This document shows, one piece after another, positions 25,398-39,042 of a stretch of DNA of 64,000 bases (the stretch's first letter is position 1; each line of letters opens with the position of its first letter). The DNA is from Mobula hypostoma (Eukaryota). Where the stretch lies: the NCBI RefSeq assembly GCF_963921235.1, contig NC_086107.1, positions 110,858,001 through 110,922,000 of the forward strand, given 5' to 3'. Under the pieces are notes generated by a model that worked only from the letters and a program-made list of their open reading frames with translations, ran no database searches and had not been told where the DNA came from. Both the position numbers and the translations under genes were made by a program.

Positions 25398-26559
25398 ACC
25401 TTGTACGGAAGGCATGATATTCAAGAAAGTTAAAGTATCGCTACTAACTTCTATTTTCAGGAGGCACTGTGCTTTTGAAGGACAAGTTTAGAGATAAGGA
25501 GAACATATCAAACCCAGCTGTCCTCTCAGACCGAGAGAAAGAACGACTGTTGGTTAACTTGCTTCAGCAATTGCGTATAAAGACAGACATTTTTATAGTG
25601 CTTTCCAGGAGACAGAAGAAGATTAATGGTGTAAAAGAACAATTAACCCCTTGTTCTTTGATTAGAGTGATAGATCAACCTTGTTTTTGATATATGCAAC
25701 TGGATAGGATTGCAAGAAAGTCATTATCTATTAAGCTGCCATGTCAAAATGTAAAGAAAGCCAACTATTTAGAACAGTGTTTCTGTCTTAGATGATCCTT
25801 ATCTCTTGGGCTCTAAAACAGGGCAGAAAAAAGCAATGACACTATAGCAAACTTTAATAAGATCTCAGCTTAAGTAGTGTATATTGCATGCCAAGGTGAA
25901 AAAAGAACTTTAAGACATAAAGTTTAGCCTAACTTTTACAAGTCATAAACACAAGAGATTCTGCAGATGCAGGAAATCTGGAGTAACACAGAATTCTGGA
26001 GGAACTCAGCAGGTCAGGCAGCATCAATGGAGAGGAATAGACAGTTGGTGCTTCAGGCAGAAACCCTTCGTCATGACCCTCTCCATAGAAGCTGCCTGAC
26101 CTGCTGAGTCTCTCCAGCATTTTGTCGGAGGAACTTTCACAAGTTAGGTTCGTGGCCTGTACTGTGGTGCGGCGCTTAGGAGGACGCTATTATAGCTCGG
26201 GGCATCAGAGTTCAAAGTTCAATTCTGACATCATCTGTAAGGAGTCTGTATGTCCTCCCCATGGAATGCGTGGGTTTTCGCCAGGTGCTCTGGTTTTCTC
26301 CCACAGTCCAAAAACAATGTTATAATGACCAATTAACCTGCCAACCAGTACTTCTTTGGACTGTGGGAGGAAACCGGCACACCCAGGGGAAAACCCACAC
26401 ATTGCAAGGGGAGGACGTAGACTCTTTACAGATGGCAGAAGAATTGAACTCTAAGCTCTGATGCCCCGAGCTAACGGCTGCGTTACCATAGCACCCAAGC
26501 TGTTCCTAAAACGCTGAGCGTGACTCTCCAGGCTCCTGTACCTCCGCTCCAATGTGAAT

Positions 26560-26930
26560 GTTGAACGTTGAAAGGCGTGGACACAGCGAATGTGGCAAAG
26601 TTGTTTCCCATGATGGGGGAGTCTAGTACAAGAGGGCATGATTTAAGGATTGAAGGGCGCCCATTCAGAACAGAGATGCAAAGAAATTTTTTTAGCCAGA
26701 GGGTGGTGAATCTATGGAATGTATTGCCACGGGGAGCAGTGGAGGCCAAGTCATTGGGTGTATTTAAGGCAGAGATTGATAGGTATCTGAGTAGCCAGGG
26801 CATCAAAGGTTCTGGTGAGAAGGCGGGGGAGTGGGACTAAATGGGAGAACGGATCAGCTCATGATAAAATAGCGGAGCAGACTCGATGGGCTGAATGGCC
26901 GACTTCTGCTCCATTGTCTTATGGTCTTAT
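26560..26930 (+). mobile_element. CR1 LINE 3' end inserted in a Rex1-type fragment
   Basis: LFPMMGESSTRGHDLRIEGRPFRTEMQRNFFSQRVVNLWN; ends tcttatggtcttat. Confidence 0.9.
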
Positions 26931-27779
26931 AGTGAAGAGGCCACGTCCCAGATGGTGAGAGTCCTTAATGATGGATGCTGCCTTTTTGGGGCGTCACCTT
27001 CTGAAGATGTTCTTGACGGTGGGGAGGGTTGGGTGTGTAATGAAGCTGGCTGAGTCTACAACCCACAGCAGCCGCTTGCGATCCCGTGCTTTGGGGGGGT
27101 GCAGCCAGTCAGAGTGCTATCCATAGTACATCTGTATACATTTGCAGGTCTTTGTTGACATAAAAAAATCAAACTTCTGGCAGTATAGCCACTGACATGC
27201 CTTCTTTGTAATTGCATCTACATGTTGAGCAAAAGGATGCTGGTGCACAGGAACTTGAAGCTGCTCACCCTTTCCGCTCTGACCCCTCGATGAGGACTGG
27301 TGTGTGTGTTCTCCCAGCTTCTGCTTCCTGAAGTCCATGACCAATTCCTTCGTCTTACTGCTGCTGGGTGCAAGGTTTCTGTTGTGGCACCACTCCACCA
27401 GCTGATCTACCTCACTCGTGTATGCCTCTTTGTCACCATCTGAAATTGTGTCGTCAACAGTGGGGGTCATCAGTGAATTTATAGATGGCGTTTGAGCTGT
27501 GCCCGGTCACACCGTCATGGGTGCAGAGAGGATTGAGTGGTGGGCAGTGGCGATTACTGAAATCTGGCTTAATACAGGAAAGCCCGACAGTTCAGCATTC
27601 CCGCTTGTAGGATTTTCAGACTATATAGAAAGATGGTTTAAAAAAGTGTTGTGCGATGGGGGTGTATAATATTGGTTGAGAAAACATTTGCCTCTAGGGT
27701 GGGATGATGTGTGAGAAGGACTGTCAGACGAGGCTTTAAGGGTTGAATAAAACAAGGAAGAATGAGAGCTTCACCTGTG

Positions 27780-28575
27780 ACTCTACGGTGGTCGTCTATT
27801 GTATCCGGTGCCCCCCCCCACCCGATGCGGGCAACTCTGCCCCATCCACCTAAAGCGAATTTCTCGGTAGCCAAAACATTTTAATTCTGATTTCCGTTCC
27901 CTTTCCAACATGTCAGACCGTGGCCTCTTTTTGTGCCAAGATGAGGCCACCCTCAGGGTGGAAGAGCAACACCTTGTATTCCATCTGGGTCCCTCCAACC
28001 TGATGACGTGAATATTGATTTCTCCTTCCGGTGAAATATTTTCCCCCTCCCCCTTTCTTCTTCTGTTCCCCATTCTGCCCTCTTACCTGTTCTCACCTGC
28101 CTATCAGCTTCACCTGGGTTTCCTTCTCCTTCCCTTTCTCCTATGGTCCACTCTCCTCTCCTATCAGATTCCTTCCTCTCTAGCCCTTATACCTCTCCCA
28201 CCCACCTGGCTTCACCTATCACCTTCCAGCTATCCTCCTTGCCCTCCCTCCACCTTTTTATTCTAGCATCTTCCCCCTTCCAGTTCAATCCAAAATGTCG
28301 ACTGTTTATTCATTTCCATAATGCTGCCTGACCTGCCAAGTTCCTCCACTATTTTGTATGCGTTGCTCTGGATTTCTAGCATTTGTCTGACCTTCTCACA
28401 TTATAAACTAACCTAAATGGAATATTGAGACCTGATTGAGTCTTGACGAACGGTCTCGGTCCAAAATGGTGACTCTGTATTCATTTCCATAGATGCTGCC
28501 TGACCTGCTGAGTTCCTCCAGCGTTTTGTACGTGTTCCTCTGGATTTCCAGCATGGGCAGACTCTCTTGTGTAAA
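27780..28575 (+). mobile_element. Neptune PLE 3' fragment followed by a second PLE end
   Basis: GIY-YIG C-terminal homology (gatgaggccaccctcagggtggaagagcaacacc), then two copies of the terminal gctgcctgacctgc..agttcctcca. Confidence 0.75.
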
Positions 28576-28789
28576 TGAAATATTAACAGGTTCATCACCT
28601 TTGTAAATAAGACAAATTACAAGGTACAGATGAAATTTATCTAAGCTGCTACAGGAAGTAAAAGATGAAATTGACTGTCCATTTCCAATTTTCCCTGGCA
28701 ACAAGAGTGGGGCCAGAACATTGTGGTAATGTTTAAAGACATATAAACTGGATAATACCAAGTCAATTGGTTTAACTTTGGTGATTGGC

Positions 28790-29945
28790 GGATTAGTAGA
28801 ATCAATTGTAAGGAACTGAATGAAGTTTCACTTAGACAGGCATGAATTAATCAGGAGTGGTTAGCGTGGATTTGTTAAAGGAAGATAGTGTCTGACTAAC
28901 TCAATTGAATTACTTGAGGAGGTAACAAGGAGAATTGATGGGTGCAGCGTGTTTCATGCTGCTCACGTGGACTTAAAGCAAAGCAACTGATAAGAAGCCT
29001 ATGTGAAAGGCTCGTCAAAACAATGAATGAAATCCTGTGGGGTCCCAGGGAGAGTGACAAATTGGATCCAAAGTCTGATTGACAGGAACAGAAGGGTAAT
29101 GGTTGATGAGGTTTTTTTTTTGTGACCAGAAAGCTGTTCATAGTGGGGCTCCCTAGGCCTCAGCGAAAGATGTAGGAGCAGAATTAGGCCATTTGGCCCA
29201 TCGCGTCTGCTCCGCCATTTCATCATGGCTGATCCAATTATCCTCTCAGCCCCAAACTCCTGCATTCCATCCCCCCCCCCATATCCCTTATGCCCTGACT
29301 AATTCAAAATCTATCAACCTCTGCCTTAAATATACATAATGACTTGGTCTCTACTGCTGCCTGTGGCAACAAATTCCACAGATTCACCACTCTTTGGCTA
29401 AAGAAATTCCTCCTCATCTTCATTCTAAAAGAATGTCCCTCTATCTGAGGCTGTGCCCTCTGGCCTTAGACTCTCCCATCATAGCAAAGATCCTCTCCAC
29501 ATCCACTCTGTTAAGGCCTTTCACCATGCGATAGGTTTCAATTAGGTCACCCCTCATTCTTCTGAATTCTAGTGAGTACAGACCCAGACCCAGCAAACAC
29601 TCTTCATATGACAAGCTATTCAATCCTGGAATCATTTTTGTGAACCTCCTTCGAACCCTCTCCAGTTTCAGCACATCCTTTCTAAGGGGCCCGGAACGGC
29701 TCACAATACTCCAAGTGAGGCTTCACCAGCGCTTTATAAAGTATCAACATTACATCCTTGCTTTTATATTCTGGCCCTCTTGAAACGAATGCAAATTGCA
29801 TTTGCCTTCCTCTCCACAGACTCAACCTGCAAATTAATCTTTGGGGCATCCTGCACAAAGACTCCCAGGTCCCTTTGTGCCTTAGTTTTTTTTGTATTTT
29901 CTCTCCATTTAGAAAATAGTCAACTCTTTCATTGCTTCTACCATT
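28790..29945. mobile_element. CR1 LINE fragments (+ strand RT piece 28790-29160; - strand 3' piece 29170-29945)
   Basis: LRKDVLKLERVRRRFTKMIPGLNSLSYEECL in ORF 29441..29704. Confidence 0.85.
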
Positions 29946-32019
29946 TCTCTATTGTTAGATGCATACAGCAATGAAGTGTAGGGGCCATGCTAAAGAAATT
30001 TACAGATGTAACAATTACCTGTGGGATTGACAGGGGGAGGACAGCTTTAACCTGCAGTATGTCAATGGGTTGCTCATTTAGGTGAAGTTTCAGATGGAAT
30101 TTGCCAAGGGGAGGTGTGAGGAAATACATCTGAGTACACAGCAAGTCGGAGATTATTAAGTAATGCAGAGGAATGGAGGGAAGGAATGTAGGTTATTAAA
30201 GGCAGCAGTACAGTTTGCTATGGTATTTAAAGTATTTACTGGAAGAGGTGTAGCAGTAAGGTCATACAAACTTCTACAGATGTATTGTGGAGAGTATTCT
30301 AACTGGCTGCATCACCGTCTAGTATTGGGTGGGGGGCTGCTGCACAGGATCGAAATAAGCTGCAGAGAGTTGTAAACTCAGTCAGCTCCATCATGGGCAC
30401 CAGCCTTCGTAGTATCCAAGGCATCTTCAAGGAGCGATGCCTCAACAAGGCGGCGTCCATCATTACGGACCCCCACCACCCAGGACGTGCCTTGTCCTCA
30501 TTGCTTCTTCCCCTCTGCCAAACAATTTCTGAATGGACTTTGAACCCATGAACACTACCTCACTACTTTTTTTTCTCTATTTTGCACCACTTATTTAATT
30601 TAACTCCATATATGTATAATTCATGCTTTTTTCACATTATTATGCATTGTACTGGTGCTGCAAAGACAACAAATTTCATGACATATGCTGGTGATACTAA
30701 ACCTGTAATCGTTACTGGAAGCGTAGGATAGGTCGTGGGGCAAGGCCCAGCTGACTGGGACGTTGTGGAGCAATGGGGCCGGACTCATCGGGGTCGGATG
30801 GAACCCTGGCATGTGGTGGTACAGACTGGAGACTGGACATTGGAGGCACGTCCTGTGGTTGGAGGACGCTCCGCGGGTGGGAGGGAGGAACGGGGCTTCG
30901 TGTGCTGTTGCTGTTTTGCTGCTTGTTGTGTTCCCTGTTGCTCTGGCGGGCGTGCCATACTGGCACTGGACTGCGTGGCGACATCCTCGGGTTGTGTTGT
31001 TCATTCAGGCAAACGGTGCATTTCACTGTATGTCTCGGTGTACCCGTGATAAAGAAATAGATCTGAATCTGAACTGTGTTGGACCAGGGGCTGAGCACTG
31101 TGCAGGGACCACGTTGCAAGAGGTGTGGCTGCTCAGGAGTGGGAGCGGAGACTTATGAGAATGGGCCAGGACTGGAAATTTTCACTGCCGTACTAGGAAA
31201 GTTTAGGTGGGTGTGGGCTGCCTTGGAACACAGAAACCAGGCCCTTCAGTCTACTATCCAGACTCGGCCCATTGGCTAACACTTAACCCAAAACTTTCGA
31301 TGCTTCAGTGAATCAAACACCTACTGAGATACTTCGTCAGCGCTGTGAGAGTCCACAACTCTACCACTACCTCAGGCAGCGTGATCCAGATCCCAGTCAC
31401 CTTCTGGGTGAGACATCTTACACAGTCTGGGATACACTTCTGGGGCTGGTTGTTGAGGTGGGTACTTGAGGGTGATTTGAGAGACTCTCAGATGGGCACA
31501 TGGATGAAAATAAAGATGGTTATGGGCTATGTAGGAGGTAAGGGTTAGATTCAATGTTTCCTCTAATTCATAATGACCAGTGTGCACAACAATCTCGTGC
31601 CATGCAGCTTTTTGCCCAGTGACAACAACGCGTGCATACCGAATAATTTATTCAATAAAAACAGTATATGTAAGCCAGCTCTAAAACCTGCAGGCAAATC
31701 ATCGCAAACTCCACGTTGTCAGCCCCATCCGCATCAGAAACCAGAAAAGCAAGTGTGATTGTGGTACGATCGTGAAATATACTTAACATGCCGACGAGGT
31801 AGAGGGTGAGAACCTTTTGTGCGCAGTTTAAATTCCTTTGTGCGCTAGTAGCAGAAGACGTGTACACGCACACCTTAGAGGGAACAGTGGTAAGACTGAG
31901 TGTGGAATAGGTTAAAAAGTTGATGCATCTTGGGCCGAAGGGCATGTACTATGCTGTACTGTGCTCTGTACTTTGGTTTTATTCTACCGCATTCATGTGT
32001 TCAGTGTCTGCTGGTGATT

Positions 32020-33400
32020 TTTTAAATTTCAAAATATACTTTATTCAAAAATAAATATATACAATAAACCATTCAATAACTTTTCATCCTTTACATACGT
32101 TTCCATTATACACAGTACATATCCGTATTTATAGCCACCCACGTCACACTCCAGTAGTTCAGCTTACCACATCATTGTTGAGGGGTATACTCCCCGCCCC
32201 CCGACCCCTCCCACTCCCGCGGGTGGAGAAACCTATACTGTGCTCCTTCCCCACCGGGCCCTTGCGGTGGCTGCACCGAGTTTCAGTGCGTCCCTCAGCA
32301 CGTACTCCTGCAGCCGAGAATGTGCCAGTCGGCAGCATTCTCCCACGGACATCTCCATGTGCTGGTAGATCATCAAGTTTCGGGCCGACCGAAGGGCGTC
32401 TTTCACCGAGTTGATGATCTGCCAGCAGCACCGGATGTTGGTCTCCGTGTGCGTCCCCGGGAACAGCCCGTGGATCAGAGAGTCCTCTGTTACGCAGCTG
32501 CTGGGGATAAAACGTGACACTAGCCCGTCCATCCTCCTCCACACCCTCTCTGCGAACTCACAGTGTGCAAAGAGGTGGGTCACAGACTCCTCCTCACTGC
32601 AGTCCTCCCGTGGGCAGTGGGGTGCGGAGACGACATTCCGGGCGTACAGGAGGGCTCTGACTGGGAGGCCCCTCTCACCGCCAGCCAGGCGAGGTCTTGG
32701 TGCCTGTTGGTGAGATCTGGCGATGAGGCATTTTGCCAGGTGAACTGGACAGTCTGCTCAGGGAACCACCCCACTGTGTCCGTCACGTCCTTCTCCTGCA
32801 GTGCCTGCAGGACACTACGTGCCGACCACTGCCTGATGGCTCTGTGGTCAAAGGCGTTCTCCTGGAAGAACTTTGCTATGTAGGACAGGTATGCCGGCAA
32901 CGACCAGCTGACTGGGGCATTGTGCGGGAGTGGGGCCCGACCCATCCTTCATAGCCAGGGCGACAAGTAGAACCTGGGCACATAGTGGTACTTGGTGCCC
33001 ACATACCTGGGCTCTACACACAAACTGATGCAGCCACATACGAAGCTGGCCATCAGGGTGAGGGCAACATTAGGGACGTCCTTGCCCCCGTTGTCCAGGG
33101 ACTTGTGCATGACGGTCTGTCTCACCCGCTCCATCTTGGATCCCCAGACGAATCTGAAGACAGCCCGGGTGATTTCCGAGCTGTAGGAGCGGGGGACGGG
33201 TCAGACCTGCGCCAAGTACAGCAGCCCTGAGAGCACCTCACACCTGATGACCAGGTTCTTAGCCGTTATCGACAGGGAGCGCCCTCCCCACAGTCCCAGT
33301 TTCTGTTTCACCTTGGCAGTCCGCTCCTGCCAGTTCTTGTTGCACGCCTCAGCCCCTCCGAACCAGATCCCCAACACCTTCACGTGGTCAGACCTGATGT
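32020..33400 (-). mobile_element. L1/Tx1-clade LINE ORF2 3' portion, frameshifted, CpG-rich
   Basis: VKVLGIWFG..NWQERTAKVKQKLGLWGGRSLSITAKNLVI; RVRQTVMHKSLDNGGKDVPNV; HLFAHCEFAERVW zinc-knuckle end; A-rich 3' end near 32020-32060. Confidence 0.85.
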
Positions 33401-34019
33401 GCTGGTGATATGCCAGATGATGCACCCTTATCCTTTATAGGATTTTCATCTTGGTGAGTGTTTCCCATAGCATTCGTAAGTTTCACTGCACAGTTGGGCT
33501 GATTATACTGGAACAGCCTATCTTAGGTGCCTGTTGATGGAAAATTTTCTACTTATTTTAGCGTGACATATTTTGGCTCCAACTTGCTGATAACGAGAGC
33601 TAGGACCATAGCAGCCTAACCGTGCATCATGGGAGAAATCCCCTTAACCAATGAGATTAAAGCATTGTGAAAGAAGCAAAGCAAGGGCAGGGAAGGAGAA
33701 GGAATTAGTGGCTAACTAGGGACAGACAGAGATGGAGTGCGGAAAAGTAGAACCGGATTAAGAGGGGAAATAGTTCAAGGATGGAAGGAAAAGTAAGATG
33801 TAATTAAAAAAAAAGTTAAATTGTGCAGGTTAGAAACTTGGTTGTTATCAGAATGTTTCCCCATGTTAAGAGACAAAACAAGAGGTCATAGCTTTAAGGT
33901 GAGATAAAGGGGATCTGAGGAAAAATTATTTTAAACACTCAGTTGGTTGATATCAGAAACTCACTGCCAGGGAAAAGAGGAGCCATATACAATTACTAAT
34001 AAAAAGTTTTTCGACGGAG

Positions 34020-34615
34020 CAACACACGCAAAATGCTGGAGGAACTCTGAGGGTCAGGCACCATGTACAGGGAGGAGTAAACAGTCCACATTTTGGGCCG
34101 AGACCTTTTATCGGGTCTAGAAAGGAAAGAAAACCAGAATAAGAAGTTGTGGGGGTGGGGGAAACGAGAAGAATACTAGCTGGCAGGTGATAGATGAAGC
34201 CAGGTGAAGGGGAAGGTCAGCAGGTGGTGGGTGGGGGGGGGGAGAAAGTGAGATTGAATGAGAAGTCCGGAGATGAGAGGTCGGAAAGGTAAAAGGATGA
34301 AGGAGAAGGAATCTGATAGGGGATGAGAGTGGACTATAGGAGAAAGGGAAGGAGGAAGGGATACCAGAGGCAGGTGATGGGCAGGAGAACAGAACGGAGA
34401 GTGGGGAGAAATTACCTTAAACTAGAGAAATCAATGTTCATGCCGTCAGGTTAGAGGCTACCCAAACGGGGTATGAGGTGGTGCTCCTCCATCCTGAGAG
34501 TGGCCTCATCGTGGCAGCACTGGAAGCCATGAACTGCTGTCGGAATGGCAAGTAGAATTAAAATGGGTGGCCATCGGGAATCCCGCCTGATGTGGCAGAC
34601 AGAGCAAAGTTGCTG
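34020..34615 (-). mobile_element. Older Neptune PLE 3' fragment
   Basis: HDEATLRMEEHHLIPRLGSL; degenerate hammerhead complement at about 34082-34118. Confidence 0.75.
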
Positions 34616-34772
34616 AGTTAGGACCTTAGACTGGACCGGAATTGGCAAAGTGTAGAAAAGTTATCATCCTAATGCAGGCAAATGGGATTAGTGTGGACGT
34701 GTTGGGGCAAAGCAACATACATCAAAGTTGCTGGTGAACGCAGCAGGCCAGGCAGCTCTGTAGGAAGAGGTG

Positions 34773-34810
34773 CAGTTGACGTTTCAGGCCGAGACCCTTC
34801 GTCAGGACTA
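34773..34810 (-). ncRNA. Minimal type I hammerhead ribozyme motif (antisense to GRIN2B)
   Basis: Reverse complement: tagtc-CTGACGA-a-gggt-ctcg-gcct-GAAA-cGTC-aactg; one stem I mismatch. Confidence 0.75.
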
Positions 34811-36487
34811 ACTGAAGGAAGAGTGAGTAAGGGATTTGAAAGTTGGAGGGGGAGAGGGAGATCCAAAATGATAGGAGAAGACAGGAGGGGGAGGGATAGA
34901 GCCAAGAGCTGGACAGGTGACTGGCAAAAGGGGATACGAGAGGATCATGGGACAGGAGGTCCGGGAAGAAAGACAAGGGGGGCGGGTGACCCAGAGGATG
35001 GGCAAGAGGTATATTCAGAGGGACAGAGGGAGAAAAAGGAGAGTGAGAGAAAGAATGTGTGCATAAAAATGAGTAACAGATGGGGTACGAGGGGGAGGTG
35101 GGGCCTTAGCGGAAGTTAGAGAAGTCGATGTTCATGCCATCAGGTTGGAGGCTACCCAGACGGAATATAAGGTGTTGTTCCTCCAACCTGAGTGTGGCTT
35201 CATCTTTACAGTAGAGGAGGCCGTGGATAGACATGTCAGAATGGGAATGGGAATGGGATGTGGAATTAAAATGTGTGGCCACTGGGAGATCCTGCTTTCT
35301 CTGGCGGACAGAGCGTAGATGTTCAGCAAAGCGGTCTCCCAGTCTGCGTCGGGTCTCGCTAATATATAAAAGGCCACATCGGGAGCACCGCACGCACCCC
35401 AGTCGACTCACAGGTGAAGTGATGCCTCACCTGGAAGGACTGTTTGGGGCCCTGAATGGTGGTAAGGGAGGAAGTGTAAGGGCATGTGTAGCACTTGTTC
35501 CGCTTACACGGATAAGTGCCAGGAGGGAGATCAGTGGGGAGGGATGGGGGGGACGAATGGACAAGGGAGTTGTGTAGGGAGCGATCCCTGCGGAATGCAG
35601 AGAGAGGGGGGGAAGGAAAGATGTGCTTAGTGGTGGGATCCCGTTGGAGGTGGCGGAACTTACCGAGAATCATATGTTGGACCCGGAGGCTGGTGGGGTG
35701 GTAGGTGAGGACCAGGGGAACCCTATTCCTAGTGGGGTGGTGGGAGGATGGAGTGAGAGCAGATGTACGTGAAATGGGGGAGATGCGTTTAAGAGCAGAG
35801 TTGATAGTGGAGGAAGGGAAGCCCCTTTCTTTAAAAAAGGAAGACATCTCCCTCGTCCTAGAATGAAAAGCCTCATCCTGAAAGCAGATGAGACCCGACA
35901 CAGACTGGGAGACCGCTTTGCTGAACATCTACGCTCTGTCCGCCAGAGAGAGACCCGACGCAGACTGGGAGACCGCTTTGCTGAACATCTACACTCTGTC
36001 CGCCAGAGAAAGCAGGATCTCCCAGTGGCCACACATTTTAATTCCACATCCCATTCCCATTCTGACATGTCTATCCACGGCCTCCTCTACTGTAAAGATG
36101 AAGCCACACTCAGGTTGGAGGAACAACACCTTATATTCCGTCTGGGTAGCCTCCAACCTGATGGCATGAAAATTGACTTCTCTAACTTCTGCTAAGGCCC
36201 CACCTCTCCCTCGTACCCCATCTGTTACTCATTTTTATGCACACATTCTTTCTCTCACTCTCCTTTTTCTCCCTTTGTCCATCTGAATATACCTCTTGCC
36301 CATCCTCTGGGTCACCCCCTCCCGTCTTTCTTCCCGGACCTCCTGTCCCATGATCCTCCCGTATCCCCTTTTGCCTATCACCTGTCCAGCTCTCGGCTCT
36401 ATCCCTCCCCCTCCTGTCCTCTCCTATCATTTTGCATCTTCCCCTCCCCCTCCAGCTTTCAAATCCCTTACTCACTCTTCCTTCAGT

Positions 36488-36525
36488 TAGTCCTGACGAA
36501 GGGTCTCGGCCTGAAACGTCGACTG
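36488..36525 (+). ncRNA. Intact minimal type I hammerhead ribozyme motif (sense to GRIN2B)
   Basis: tagtc-CTGACGA-a-gggt/ctcg/gcct-GAAA-cGTC-gactg: full core, stem II, palindromic ACGT stem III; predicted cleavage after C36520. Confidence 0.85.
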
Positions 36526-39042
36526 CACCTCTTCCTACAGATGCTGCCTGACCTGCTGCGTTCACCAGCAACTTTGATGTATGTTGCTTGAATTTCCAGC
36601 ATCTGCAGAATTCCTGTTGTTTGTGTTGGGGCAAAGAGCTCGTTTCTTTGATGTATGGTTCTATGATTCTATTATAGGTGGAAAACAATGTACATCTGCT
36701 CCTGTTATCCCACATTATTGCAAATAGTTGATGATATATTTCTATTGCTTATAATTTGTAATCTGCAACAATAATTCATTGTCTGGACAAGTGAGAGTGA
36801 AAGGCTTAAATGGGTTTCTCTCTAAGCTGGTTAGTTGGCCTCTTTCAGTTCTACTTTTTTTTTGTGTTCTTGTTGCTGATTGGTGGGCTGGGGGTTTGGG
36901 GTTTTGTGTTCTTGTTGTTGTTTTTCCATGTGGGTGATCTCTTAGTTTTTGTGCAGGGGGGAGAGTTGTGGGGGTGGTTTGGTTTCCGCGAGTTTTTGTT
37001 TCTCTTTCTTTTTGTGCAGCGGGGTGAGATTGACATCTTTCTTTCAACTACTTCTATGGTTTTTTATATCCTGTGGCTATCTGGAGAAGACAGATCTCAG
37101 GGTTGTATTCTGCATATACACCGTGATAATAAATGAACCTTTGAACCTCTGGTGTTGCATTAATGGGCTGTGTGGAAATATGTATTGACCTTTGTGTTTT
37201 TTGTATCCATTTGATGTAACAAAATGGAGTAGACAATCCCAGAGTACTAAGCTAATATGTTGCAATATATGTATGTGGTGACAGGAAAAGTGCGTACTAA
37301 AGGAATACGTGACTGCAAGCACCTGATGTACTGAACGTTGTGCAAGAATAAAGAAGCAGCAGAGATGAGTCAACTGCAACAGCAGATTACAACAAATGTA
37401 TTGGAAGGACTGAGCCTGCTGGAAATAGTAACCATGTCTCGTTTTTATGTCTAGAAAGAACACTTTGTAAACAGTGTGTAAGGGGATTAGAGGTGAACTT
37501 TCCACTTGAAAGTAATAAAGAGGCATGATAAAGACCCACTCAGTGTAGGTATTGTGTTCTTGTGACTCCTAGCGGAGAAACATTCAACAGTTGCCCAGCT
37601 TTAAATTTTTTTTTCCCATTGCCTTTAATGTGCAAATCCTACCATTTCAAACCTACAGGGAAGCCCAGGGTTAGTTAGTTAAGGCCCATAAACCCTACTG
37701 GAGCATAGGCTATCAACAGTAGCTCATCAGAGTCCTCTGTCTGGGCCAGTCTTTCACAATGTCTCCTAGTGGAGCCCATCTTTTTGGTTTTCCTTCCGCT
37801 ACCCAGGGATGAAGTCTTTAGAGTTTCTGTTGGTGTTTCTGTAGCACCGGGTCTTTACAGGATAAGACTGGTAGCCTCACGCCCAAATCTCTTCATTCCA
37901 CAGCCGGGATCGGGGCTGTCCATGGTGGGGTTAACCCCAGGCTGAGATCAGGGTTTTGGAGGAGTCTGGACAGGCAAGTTTCTTGAGCACAAACACAAGA
38001 GATTTTGCAGATGTTGGAAATCCAGAGCAACAGACACACAATGCTGCAGGAGCTCAGCAGGCCAGGCAGCATCCACGGAAAGGAATAAATAGTCCTGTTG
38101 ATGTGTCTCAGGCCAAAACCAACTGTTTATTCCTCTCCACTGTCACAGACGATGCCTTTGGATATGATTAACTGAGAGACTGTTATCTCTTTCAGCTTGT
38201 GGTAAAGAACTCTTAGTAATAACAGTGAATTCTTCACAGTTAGCCTGGCCAATTTTGATCTCTGAGCCAATGCCGCCACATCAAAACCGGTTCCAGTTCG
38301 TGGGACATTGTAAAAATATGGTTAGAAAACGATGTGTTGTCATCAATCAGTGATGCAAAGCAAATGGCGTGGGAGATCGGATCAGTGCAGACGCGGCAGC
38401 CCGCAGTAGCCACAAGCCCACTCACCAGAGTTTCCTGGCAAAACTCTGAGCCTCTGGGTTGTTCCCGCACTGATCCGGCTTCATTGGGCTGGTGGCTATG
38501 GGCAGGATTCCCCTGGTTGTCATGGGAACGCTGAATTTCTTGTCAGCTTGTTTGATCTTGCTGTGTGAGAGTTGTGGCCTTCCTGAGACGGCTGTGGCAG
38601 TGGAGTTGGTCACAGCATTCAGTCTTTTATGGTGGGACCTCCTTCCACACACATTGGTCACAGCTTATCCCAAGTCAAATAAGAGATGGGGGAATATTTG
38701 ACTGTAGCTTTGGGAGACCATGGCACCAACCAACAACAAGGGTGGCATGCCAGTGAAGTGGTTAGCGTAATGCTATTATAGTGTTGGTAACCCAGGTTCA
38801 GTTCCCGCCCCTGCCTTTAAGGAGTTTATATGTTCTCCCTGTGACCATGAGTGTTTCCTCCAGGTGCTCTGGTTTCCTCCCACAGTTCATAGATGTATCA
38901 ATTGGTAGGTTAGTTGGTCACATGGGTGTAATTAGACAGCGGGTGTTCATTGGGCCCATCTCATTACTCTGGTGTATTTCTAAAATAAATAACATTCTTG
39001 TGATCAATATCAAAATGTGCTTCTGTTATGGATCATTGGATA

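Larger units (their letters stand above)
34713..36622. mobile_element. Young Neptune-type Penelope-like insertion in inverted arrangement with a 14-bp TSD
   Basis: TSD gtgttggggcaaag at 34699-34712 and 36623-36636. Minus arm encodes RT thumb, Cys-rich linker (PCKRNKCYTC) and GIY-YIG (CSRCGLLYISETRRRLGDRFAEH...LQPDGMN). Plus arm repeats the GIY-YIG C-terminus and UTR. Confidence 0.92.
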
